Assembly (NCBI GenBank): GCA_964014485.1 | Contig: CAXHAT010000170.1 | Span: 1-17,112, forward strand | Source of the DNA: an uncultured Deferribacteres bacterium | Lineage (GTDB): Bacteria > Zhuqueibacterota > Zhuqueibacteria > Zhuqueibacterales > Geothermadaptataceae | Direction: 5' to 3' | DNA: 17,112 nucleotides | Part shown: in pieces, positions 1 through 7,860 of the stretch | How positions within the stretch are numbered: the stretch's first letter is position 1 | Layout of the letters: every line of letters begins with the position of its first letter | Program-made: the position numbers and the translations under genes | Notes under the pieces: model-generated | The model's input: the letters and a program-made list of their open reading frames with translations, nothing else | Databases searched by the model: none | What the model was told of the DNA's origin: nothing

Positions 1-55
1 GGTGGAATGGTGGAATGGTGGAATGGTGGAATGGTGGAATGGTGGAATGGTGGAA
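1..55. repeat. Perfect octamer tandem repeat (GGTGGAAT)n, truncated by the window start
   Basis: Six perfect copies at 1-48 plus GGTGGAA at 49-55, followed by TCCATCGCTCCAT (57-69), a degenerate inverted copy. Confidence 0.95.
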
Positions 56-160
56 ATCCATCGCTCCATGTAAGATGAGTGAAGTCTCGGTTTACGTTTA
101 GAGACTTACAGCGAAATCGGAACTGTCCAAAAACATAAAACTTTCAGAGCGATATACGAT

Positions 161-197
161 ATGTCGTAGCGGTTCAAGATTTTGAACCCCTACACAT
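161..197. repeat. GTAG-type REP-like palindrome
   Basis: GTAG-C-GGTTCAA-GATT-TTGAACC-C-CTAC at 166-193, extended by ATGT/ACAT (161-164/194-197). GTAG...CTAC ends with an internal mismatch are the hallmark of RAYT-associated REPs. It lies about 85 nt past the stop of the minus-strand hydrolase. Confidence 0.65.
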
Positions 198-281
198 GGT
201 ATGCCTGCTATTCAGACGCCTTGTTTTTGGACAGCCCGCTTCTTGGTTTGTTGGCTGTTTTTTGGGAATGCGAGATTTGAG

Positions 282-1544
282 TTAGCGGGTCACGGTGAGT
301 TTTTGGTATTTCACGCCTTGCGGGGTTTGGAGAGAGATGATGTAAACCCCGGGATTGACGGCGCCGCCGGTTTGGTTTGTTCCGTTCCAGGCGATTTTGT
401 GTGCGCCGGCTGGTTTCTCCCCGGAAAAAAGCTGAGCCACCTGGCGGCCCAAGAGGTCAAAAACGGTGACGCGGATTTGCGTCGATTCCGGAATTTTGAA
501 CTCGAACGTTGCGGCACCGGCGCTTGTTTGCAATGAGAAGGGATTTGGATAAGCGGCCGCCAGTGAGAATTCTTGAGGGTGTGAAATGACGGCTTCGACG
601 ATTGGGCTGAAACTGAATGCGCCGTCAGAATCAATTTGTCGCAAGCGGTAAAAATTCTTGCCTGCCTTGGGATCTAAATGTTGAAAGGAATATTCTTCCG
701 GACGCAACGTCGTACCGTTCCCTGCGACGAAACCTATTCGTGAGAATGGAGCGCCGCCGGTGCTGTGCTCAATTTCGAAGCCGTAGTTGTTCGTTTCGCT
801 CGCCGTTGACCACTGCAGTAAAACTCTGTTTTCAAAAGCGTTTGCGGTAAACGCAGCAAGCTCAACCGGAGTGACCAGCGTTAAAAGCGGGCGCAAAGTT
901 TCGAACAATGCGTCGGCCATCAGTTGGTAGCCCGTATCGTTGGGATGAACGGAATCGGCCATTGCGAATTTTTCCCAACCCTCGCGCCAGGAGATGGTTT
1001 GATAAATATCGACAAAAGTAACCGGGTTGTTGGACGAACGTGAGCTAACGAGGTTTTGGATGCCTTGGCCGAGTTGCTGCGTCGCCGGATCATTAGAAAT
1101 TCGCGGGGCAACGCTGCAGAGCAAAACCTGCACGCCGGGGTTAAAATTCCAGATTCTGGTCAGGGTGACGTCAATGTCCGAAACGATGTCGTTCGTCGCT
1201 ACGCCGTCGGAAATATCGTTTGTGCCGATGTGCAGGATGACAATATTCGGATTAGCCGCGCTCAGGAAGTTGGAAATGTTGCCTTTGATGAACTCCGCCG
1301 TTTCACCGGGGTGGCCTTCATGATTTTCGTCAAACGTACCGTCGCCATGCACCTGAGAGCCGACAAAGTCCACGCTGTAAGAATTTTTTAGCAAATTGTA
1401 GAGCGGCTTACGATACCCGCGATTGTCGCCGCTGCCGCCGACGCCCTTGGTAATGGAATCGCCGACCGGCATAATGCGTGTTTGAGGTTGAGCTAACGGC
1501 GCCGTCATGAGAACCGCCAGGAGAATCGTGGTCGAAACGCGCAT
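282..1544 (-). CDS. Secreted SGNH/GDSL-family hydrolase (esterase) with Ig-like PVEL module and T9SS type-A/FlgD-Ig-like C-terminal domain
   Basis: N-terminal signal peptide. SGNH blocks: IMPVGDSIT (I), HEGHPG (II), GTND (III), DSVHPN (V). Then PVELAAFTA...LQWSTASETNNYGFEIE...YRLRQIDSDG and a C-terminal YPNPF...VFDLLGRQV...WNG...GVYII...KLTVTR. AAGGA lies upstream of the ATG. Confidence 0.88.
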   Translation of the reverse strand: MRVSTTILLAVLMTAPLAQPQTRIMPVGDSITKGVGGSGDNRGYRKPLYNLLKNSYSVDFVGSQVHGDGTFDENHEGHPGETAEFIKGNISNFLSAANPNIVILHIGTNDISDGVATNDIVSDIDVTLTRIWNFNPGVQVLLCSVAPRISNDPATQQLGQGIQNLVSSRSSNNPVTFVDIYQTISWREGWEKFAMADSVHPNDTGYQLMADALFETLRPLLTLVTPVELAAFTANAFENRVLLQWSTASETNNYGFEIEHSTGGAPFSRIGFVAGNGTTLRPEEYSFQHLDPKAGKNFYRLRQIDSDGAFSFSPIVEAVISHPQEFSLAAAYPNPFSLQTSAGAATFEFKIPESTQIRVTVFDLLGRQVAQLFSGEKPAGAHKIAWNGTNQTGGAVNPGVYIISLQTPQGVKYQKLTVTR

Positions 1545-1793
1545 GTGAGACTGGTCCTTCAGTTTTGTTCATCCGCACGCAATGAAAGTTTTCCCCAAGA
1601 GTATTCATATACCGGCAAAAGGGCGTTTCTGGAGACGGAATTTGTTGCACTTGAACGATGCAGGCGCCGCTTTTTTGCGGCGATAGTCTTCTTCGCGAGA
1701 TTAGCTTGATTTCGCTTGTCAGCGAGTCGTAGGGATTTAATTTTCCGCTTTTCCAACGTGCATTTAAATAACCTTTTTTGTCGAGTGACGCTG

Positions 1794-3692
1794 ATGATGT
1801 GGAATGTTGAACAAGCTTCGGAGCTTTATCATATAAATGAATGGGGCGGCGGCTTTTTTCGCATTAATCAGGCGGGCAATGTTCAGGTTTCTCCGACACG
1901 AGACAAAGAAACGGCGATTGACTTAAAAGTGCTCGTGGACGAGGTGCAAAAACGCGGCGTACAATTGCCGATTCTTTTTCGATTTTCAGACGTCTTGCGA
2001 GAACGGATTGGCGAGTTACACGACTGCTTTCAAAACGCCATCGATGAATTTGGGTACAAATCACGGTACCGAGGGGTTTATCCAATCAAGGTCAATCAAC
2101 AAAGTCAGGTCGTCGAATCGATACTTTCGTTCGGCAAGCTTTACCATCTTGGACTTGAGGCGGGTTCCAAACCCGAGCTGTTGACGGTCATGAGTCTGAT
2201 AGACGACCCTGAAGCGCTAATTTTGTGTAATGGTTACAAAGACGAAGAATTTATCGAGCTCGCGTTGCTTGGTAAAAAGCTGGGCAAAAATGTGATTATC
2301 ATCGTTGAAAAATACAGCGAACTCAAAGCGGTTTTTGAAAGCGCCGACCGGTTGAACGTTCGACCGGGATTGGGGATTCGGGTGCGTCTTTCTTCGCGCG
2401 GCGCAGGCAGGTGGGAAGCTTCGGGCGGAGATCGCGCAAAATTCGGGCTGGGGGCCGCCGAAATCTTGAAGGCGCTTGATCTTATTAAAAAGCGAGGGGC
2501 GTTGGATGAACTCAAATTGCTGCATTATCACCTTGGCAGTCAAGTCTGCTCAATCAATACTTTGAAAGCGGCGTTGCGAGAAGCCGGACGTTATTATGTT
2601 GAATTGAAAAAAATGGGAGCCGGGCTGCAATATTTTGATTGCGGCGGCGGCTTGGCCGTGGACTACGACGGCTCCAGAACCAACTTTTTCTCTTCGGCAA
2701 ATTACAGCCTGCAAGAATATGCGAACTCCGTCGTTAACGAAATCGGGACGATGTGCAACGACGAAGAAATTGATCACCCGATTCTGGTGACAGAAAGCGG
2801 CAGGGCGCTTACGGCTTACCATTCCATTCTCGTGACAAACGTTCTGGGCGTCACAAAAACCGCTTCGGGAAATCTCGCCAAGCCGGATTTGAAAGACGCT
2901 CCTCCGCAAATACTTGAGTTGTGGGACGTTTACGAAAACTTGAGCGTGAAAACATGGCAGGAATCCTGGCACGACGTTCAGGATATGCGGCAGCAACTAC
3001 TCAATCTGTTTAAACTGGGTTACATTAGTCTCGCTTGGCGAGCAGTCGGCGAATCCATTGCGGCGTCTTGCTTACGAAAGATTCAGAAAGTAACGCGGAA
3101 CGCCGAATACGTCCCCGATGAACTCGATGTTTTGGAACGCGAATTGGCGGACATTTATTTTTGTAATTTTTCAATATTCCAATCTTTGCCGGACGCGTGG
3201 GCTATCGGGCAGGTGTTTCCGATTATGCCGATTCACCGACTCAACGAAAAGCCGGGCCGTCGTGCGGTTTTGGCGGACGTCACCTGCGATTCCGACGGCA
3301 AGATCGACAAATTTGTGGATCTGCGCGACGTCAAGCAGACGCTGCCGCTGCATGATTTCAACGAAAGTGAAGATTATCTGCTGGGGTGTTTTCTGGTTGG
3401 CGCCTATCAAGAAATTCTTGGGGATTTGCATAATTTATTTGGGGATAACAACGCTGTGCAGGTTTCCTGGGACGGCGTTTTGAAAACCTACCGCATTGAC
3501 CACGTTGAAGACGGCGATACAGTGACTGAAGTGTTGAACTACGTCCAGCAATCTCGCGACGCTTTGGTGAACAGATTTCGCAAACAACTGGAACTGTCTG
3601 TAAGACAAAAAATCGTAACGATTGACGAATCGCGCATCATTTTGGAAAAATACCGCGACGGCTTCAGCGGATATACTTACCTGGAACGGTGA
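1794..3692 (+). CDS. speA: Biosynthetic arginine decarboxylase (PLP-dependent, fold III)
   Basis: YPIKVNQ (PLP lysine), GLEAGSKPEL, CNGYKD, HYHLGSQ, GGGLAVDYDG, ESGRA, SLPDAWAIGQVFPIMPIHRL, TCDSDG, GAYQEILGDLHNLFG. The start is more likely ATG 1794/1797 than the TTG at 1716. Confidence 0.96.
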   Translation: MMWNVEQASELYHINEWGGGFFRINQAGNVQVSPTRDKETAIDLKVLVDEVQKRGVQLPILFRFSDVLRERIGELHDCFQNAIDEFGYKSRYRGVYPIKVNQQSQVVESILSFGKLYHLGLEAGSKPELLTVMSLIDDPEALILCNGYKDEEFIELALLGKKLGKNVIIIVEKYSELKAVFESADRLNVRPGLGIRVRLSSRGAGRWEASGGDRAKFGLGAAEILKALDLIKKRGALDELKLLHYHLGSQVCSINTLKAALREAGRYYVELKKMGAGLQYFDCGGGLAVDYDGSRTNFFSSANYSLQEYANSVVNEIGTMCNDEEIDHPILVTESGRALTAYHSILVTNVLGVTKTASGNLAKPDLKDAPPQILELWDVYENLSVKTWQESWHDVQDMRQQLLNLFKLGYISLAWRAVGESIAASCLRKIQKVTRNAEYVPDELDVLERELADIYFCNFSIFQSLPDAWAIGQVFPIMPIHRLNEKPGRRAVLADVTCDSDGKIDKFVDLRDVKQTLPLHDFNESEDYLLGCFLVGAYQEILGDLHNLFGDNNAVQVSWDGVLKTYRIDHVEDGDTVTEVLNYVQQSRDALVNRFRKQLELSVRQKIVTIDESRIILEKYRDGFSGYTYLER

Positions 3693-3720
3693 AATTTAAG
3701 CCGCGTTCGCAAATTGAAAC

Positions 3721-3820
3721 GAGTTGGCGATATTTTTTTTCATCGCCACTCAATGATGAATGACAGTATCTAGCACCAAATCTTGACGATGGTGAAAAGC
3801 GTCGGCGCTTCGTCATCGTC
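3721..3820 (+). terminator. Two stem-loops downstream of speA (possible terminator or RNA-stability structures)
   Basis: GAGT(T)GGCGAT/ATCGCCACTC at 3721-3751, and GACGATGGTGAA..AGCG-TCGG-CGCTTCGTCATCGTC at 3785-3820 followed by T-rich sequence. Neither has a canonical immediate U-tract. Confidence 0.35.
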
Positions 3821-4137
3821 GATGGATTTTAGTATTTGGCTCTCGATTTCTGATCCTTATTCCCGCCCCCAAGAAGGGAGCAAAGGAGAGCATGTTTTTT
3901 CAGCATATGATCAACAACTTGGTAAGCGTGTGTACTTTTGTGTTCCCCCTTTCAATTACGATCCCGCTTAGTATGTTGAGAAACGAATTTCAGAATCGAA
4001 GCGGGCAATGGCAGGCTTTTTTCTGTTAGCGCCCAAAATTTGAGATCACTGTTTCGACGACCATGGATGGACTGACGCTTTACAGGACGTAAGGCAATAA
4101 CGAATTTACCCTCACGCTTTCTGATTATTGTCTAAAT

Positions 4138-4893
4138 ATGGTCAAGGAAACCGAAGATTTAGGGACGGCTCCCGGTTTGGATCGCAGTGAGCAAACGCAT
4201 GATCAGAAGCGAGATGATTCGGAGCAAAACCCGTTTGAGATTTATAGGACGATCGTCATTGCAAACGGGAAATATGAACGAACCATGCGTTTGCTCGACA
4301 TTCTGTTCTCGTTTATTAACATCGTTTTGCTTTTGCCGATCGGGCTTCTCATTGCGTTAGCGATTAGAATTGACAGCCCCGGCCCGATCTTGATTCGCCA
4401 GAAACGTATTGGCAGAAACAGACGGGCTGAATTGAACGCGAACGGCAAAGCCGTAGAACGAAGGAAGAAAGATACTTTTGGAGAACCGTTCTACATTCTG
4501 AAATTTCGCACGATGTACAGCACGGCGAGTCTTTACGAAAAAACGCCGGGCTCAGATGAAGACGTTCGCGTGACCAAAGTCGGCAGATTCTTACGGCAAC
4601 TAGGTCTTGATGAACTGCCTCAGCTTCTGAATGCACTCAAGGGCGATATGAGCATTGTCGGGCCGAGACCGGAGATGCCGTTTTTGGTTGAAAAATACAG
4701 CCGACTTGAGGCGTGCCGATTGTTGGTTAAACCCGGAATTACCGGTTATTGGCAAATCAACGCGCCGCGAGACAGGCATATTCACGAAGTTTTGCATTAC
4801 GATCTTTACTATATCAAAAACAGAGGTTTGCGATTGGATTTTTTGATTATGTTAAAAACGGTCGCTTACATGTTTTCAATGAAAAACAAATAA
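4138..4893 (+). CDS. Priming (initiating) phospho-glycosyltransferase, bacterial sugar transferase family (WcaJ/WbaP C-terminal domain-like)
   Basis: RLLDI + one hydrophobic segment + DSPGP, then KFRTM, DVRVTKVGRFLR, LDELPQLLNALKGDMSIVGPRPE, VKPGITGYWQI, DLYYI, LDFLIMLKT. Confidence 0.93.
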   Translation: MVKETEDLGTAPGLDRSEQTHDQKRDDSEQNPFEIYRTIVIANGKYERTMRLLDILFSFINIVLLLPIGLLIALAIRIDSPGPILIRQKRIGRNRRAELNANGKAVERRKKDTFGEPFYILKFRTMYSTASLYEKTPGSDEDVRVTKVGRFLRQLGLDELPQLLNALKGDMSIVGPRPEMPFLVEKYSRLEACRLLVKPGITGYWQINAPRDRHIHEVLHYDLYYIKNRGLRLDFLIMLKTVAYMFSMKNK

Positions 4894-5116
4894 TTCAACG
4901 ATTGGATGATTCTTTATCTGATTGAAAAGATTTTCAGGGGAGAACAGATGCGGTTAGAGAAGCGTCGGCATGGAGCGCACGACGTCGAATCGCCGCCGCC
5001 GCCATCAGCCTCACGTTTTAAAACGCTTTTGTTTCGAAAACGGCTTAAAACTCGCTCGCCTTCGGAGCCGTGCTTCGGAGGCGCCTGATTGATGAATCTA
5101 TGAGAAGGGACGCACT

Positions 5117-5893
5117 ATGGATATCAAAGCAACAAGGACGAAGCAGCATCGGTCTATAGCCTTCATCACTCCTGCGCTATTCTGCTTAATCGCTCTAACT
5201 TTCGGCTGTGCTTCTAAAAAGTACGCGACGGCAACGATTCCCGTTCAGCAGGCTTTTGGCGCCGTTGCTCCGGAAACGGACGACGCGGTAACGCCAAAGC
5301 GCGAAATGCCGGAATATCAAATCGTCGCCGGAGACGTGGTTGAAGTTCGGATTTTCAAGAATGAGCAGTTTGACGTCACCCAGGCCGTCCGTCCGGACGG
5401 ACGCATTACGCTCGAGCGTATCGGGGACGTTCACGTGTCGGGAAAAACGCCCACCGAAATAGACGAGCTTGTCACCCAAAAATACAAATCTTTCGTCATC
5501 GATCCCGAAGTGACGATTTACATCAGAGAATTCGGCGCCCAAAAAGTGTACGTGCTCGGCGAAGTTAAAACGCCCGGCGTTTATGCGCTGGAAGGCGACA
5601 TGACGTTTCTGCAGGCGGTTGCCGCTGCTGGCGGAGCCAAAAACACAGCCAAGCTAAGCAACGTGATTATCATGCGGAAAAACGCCGCCAATGAAGTTGC
5701 GGCGACCAAAATGAATTTGACTCGCTTTGCTAAAAACGCGCAAGACGCACTACAATTTTATGCGGAACCGCTGGACGTCATCTACGTGCCCAAAACTTTT
5801 GTTGGCAACGTGAATAGCTTCATGACGCAAATCTACGGCACGATTTTGCCGCCGTTAGACACGTACTTGAGAGCCTTTTTCTGGGCAAGATAA
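5117..5893 (+). CDS. Polysaccharide export outer-membrane lipoprotein (Wza/OPX family; Poly_export + SLBB)
   Basis: Signal peptide ending LTFGC (Cys31, imperfect lipobox); EYQIVAGDVVEV, VRPDGRITL..IGDVHVSGKT, KVYVLGEVKTPGVY, LQAVAAAGG, DVIYVPK; amphipathic C-terminal helix; AGAAGGG upstream. Confidence 0.9.
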   Translation: MDIKATRTKQHRSIAFITPALFCLIALTFGCASKKYATATIPVQQAFGAVAPETDDAVTPKREMPEYQIVAGDVVEVRIFKNEQFDVTQAVRPDGRITLERIGDVHVSGKTPTEIDELVTQKYKSFVIDPEVTIYIREFGAQKVYVLGEVKTPGVYALEGDMTFLQAVAAAGGAKNTAKLSNVIIMRKNAANEVAATKMNLTRFAKNAQDALQFYAEPLDVIYVPKTFVGNVNSFMTQIYGTILPPLDTYLRAFFWAR

Positions 5894-6293
5894 TTTTGAG
5901 CCTGTGCGATGATGCGCGGCGTCGCGGAATGTTGATTTGCAATAATTCGTGATTCCATAGTTCAAATCGCTAAAACGGCTGTCAGTCGCTAATCAACAGG
6001 GCGGCTTTTGGGCAACTCTTTTCGGAGTGCGACGATTCATCGTCGCCGGTGACGACAAGCGACACTCAAACGCTAAAGCGTTTGACTCCGGAGTTGATCA
6101 AGACCGCAAGCGCGGGTGGCTAGCTAAAAAGCAAAGAATCGCAGCAAATTTCTTGATGTCCGGGGGACGGTCGCATGCAGAAGTTATGAATCGCCAGTGC
6201 GGTACGGCGCCCGTCGTCGGCGATTCGGCAATCATTATTGCCGGCATGCATTTTTGAAGTATTTGAGCGGCGCAATAACTGGGAGAATGCATT

Positions 6294-7754
6294 ATGCATA
6301 CGAACAACCAGCCTTCGCGGGATCGACGGGTCGCCGGTTTTGAAGACGGCAACGACGCCGTTTCCGGATGGATTTTTATCTACTCGGTTTTCATGCGAAG
6401 AAAGTGGTTGATTTTCAGCGTCACAAGCATCTTTGTGCTCGCTGGTCTGTTAACCGCTTTTCTGCTTCCCAAAGAATACGAAGCTGAAGCCGACATGCTT
6501 GTTGAAAAAGTCAGCGAGTCGCAAAAGGCGATGCTGTTTCGCGTGAACATGCCCAACCTTTTCGATCGCATCGATTGGCTCAACTCTGAGATTCAAATCA
6601 TCAAAAGTCATCCGGTCGCCGAAAACGTCATCAAAACCTTGAATCTTCATTTGATTGACGTTGAAGAACAACTGACCACTGAAGAAATCGACGAGAAGTT
6701 TCGCGAGAAAGTCCAGAGCTTTCGGGATGATATTCGCATTTCTAAGGTAGGCAACTCCAACGTACTGCGTTTGAGGTCGGAAACAAAATCGCCGGACCTT
6801 TCAGCGAAAGTGATTGAAACGACCATCAATTTTTACAAGGAGCATCGCGCCAAGCTCTTTCAGGAATCGGAAGAATACGATTTCTATAAGACGCAGGTCG
6901 AACTCGCGGATGAGAATTTGCGGGAGCTTGAGTCTAAACTGACTGATTTTAAGCGCGAAGAATCCATCGTTGAGCCGGAATCGCAGGGCCGTCTGCTGGC
7001 GGCAAAAATGTCTGATTATCAAGCCACGCTGAATACGGTGCAGACGCAGCGCATCGGCAAAGAAGCGCGCTTGTCAATTATCAAGCAGCAGCTTGCGGAG
7101 AATATTGAAATCACTTTGCCTTATACCGAAGTCACTGACAGCCCGAGCCGTTCCGAATATTTGACCAAGCTGAAGAGCGACATTCTCGACTGGCAGCTAA
7201 AGCGAGACGAGTTGTTGCAGAAATACTCTCCGGAGTATAGCGAAGTCGTGGATTTGGAAAACAAGGTCAAAGCCGGGCGCGAAAAGCTCAGGACTGAAAT
7301 TCAGGAAATTGTCGACCAGGAAGAAACGAGCGTTCGCGTACTTCTGGCGCAAGAAAGAAGGTTAACGCGCGCGATGGACAGCGTTCGGGTGGACATTGGC
7401 CAACATTCTGAAAAAGGCTATCAGTTGGCTCAACTTTCTCGCGGAATCGAAGACAAGCGCGAGTTGTACTCCGTGCTTTTGCGTCAGCGCGACCAGGCGA
7501 GATTATCATTGCTCAAGGCGGAGCGCGACGTTCGCATTCGCGTCGTCAGTCCGGCCACGCCGCCGTTGAAACCCTCGAAGCCCAGGAAGAAGGCGACGGT
7601 TGCGATCGCATTTTTTCTCGGCTTTTTTGTCGCTTCAGCGCTGGCCTTTCTCATGGAATCGATGGGCGAATTGAAATCTCAAGCCAAGGCCCAGCGAGAA
7701 TTGTACGGTCGCCGCGCCACCGACACTCCCGCCTCGAGCGTTCAGGCTGGGTGA
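6294..7754 (+). CDS. Polysaccharide co-polymerase / chain-length determinant (GumC/Wzc N-terminal type) without a fused tyrosine kinase
   Basis: RRKWLI-TM-PKEYEA N-terminus, EIQIIKS motif, long coiled-coil periplasmic region, Pro-rich VVSPATPPLKPSKP then a second TM and a short tail. No Walker A motif and no Tyr cluster. GGGAGA upstream. Confidence 0.88.
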   Translation: MHTNNQPSRDRRVAGFEDGNDAVSGWIFIYSVFMRRKWLIFSVTSIFVLAGLLTAFLLPKEYEAEADMLVEKVSESQKAMLFRVNMPNLFDRIDWLNSEIQIIKSHPVAENVIKTLNLHLIDVEEQLTTEEIDEKFREKVQSFRDDIRISKVGNSNVLRLRSETKSPDLSAKVIETTINFYKEHRAKLFQESEEYDFYKTQVELADENLRELESKLTDFKREESIVEPESQGRLLAAKMSDYQATLNTVQTQRIGKEARLSIIKQQLAENIEITLPYTEVTDSPSRSEYLTKLKSDILDWQLKRDELLQKYSPEYSEVVDLENKVKAGREKLRTEIQEIVDQEETSVRVLLAQERRLTRAMDSVRVDIGQHSEKGYQLAQLSRGIEDKRELYSVLLRQRDQARLSLLKAERDVRIRVVSPATPPLKPSKPRKKATVAIAFFLGFFVASALAFLMESMGELKSQAKAQRELYGRRATDTPASSVQAG

Positions 7755-7760
7755 GTTTTT

Positions 7761-7805
7761 CAGTAAACAGTCTACTGATCACTACTTACAGTTCACTGTT
7801 TACTG
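7761..7805. repeat. Degenerate heptamer tandem repeat forming an 11-bp perfect inverted repeat
   Basis: CAGTAAA CAGTCTA CTGATCA CTACTTA CAGTTCA CTGTTTA CTG. CAGTAAACAGT (7761-7771) is the exact reverse complement of ACTGTTTACTG (7795-7805). Confidence 0.75.
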
Positions 7806-7860
7806 GCAAAAGCGCTTCAAACAGAAACGGCACGTTCAGAATATTATCGGATTGGAGCAG

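Noticed and set aside
1..55. Telomere, human (GGAAT)n satellite contamination, or CRISPR array
   Set aside because: The unit is 8 nt rather than 5, there are no spacers, and it runs directly into bacterial-type sequence.
1716..1793. N-terminal extension of SpeA from TTG 1716
   Set aside because: SpeA-like sequence begins at MMWNVEQASELY; the extension looks like promoter/UTR sequence.
3693..4137. ops/JUMPstart element or sigma-54 promoter ahead of the cluster
   Set aside because: No GGCGGTAG found. TGGCAGG at about 4009 lacks the correctly spaced TTGC, and similar near-matches at about 5925 and 6242 are off by one base.
3783..6352. Short intergenic ORFs 3783-3971, 4906-5088, 6027-6257 and 6098-6352
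   Set aside because: No family motifs, mostly weak starts and no clear RBS; they overlap hairpin-rich non-coding sequence.
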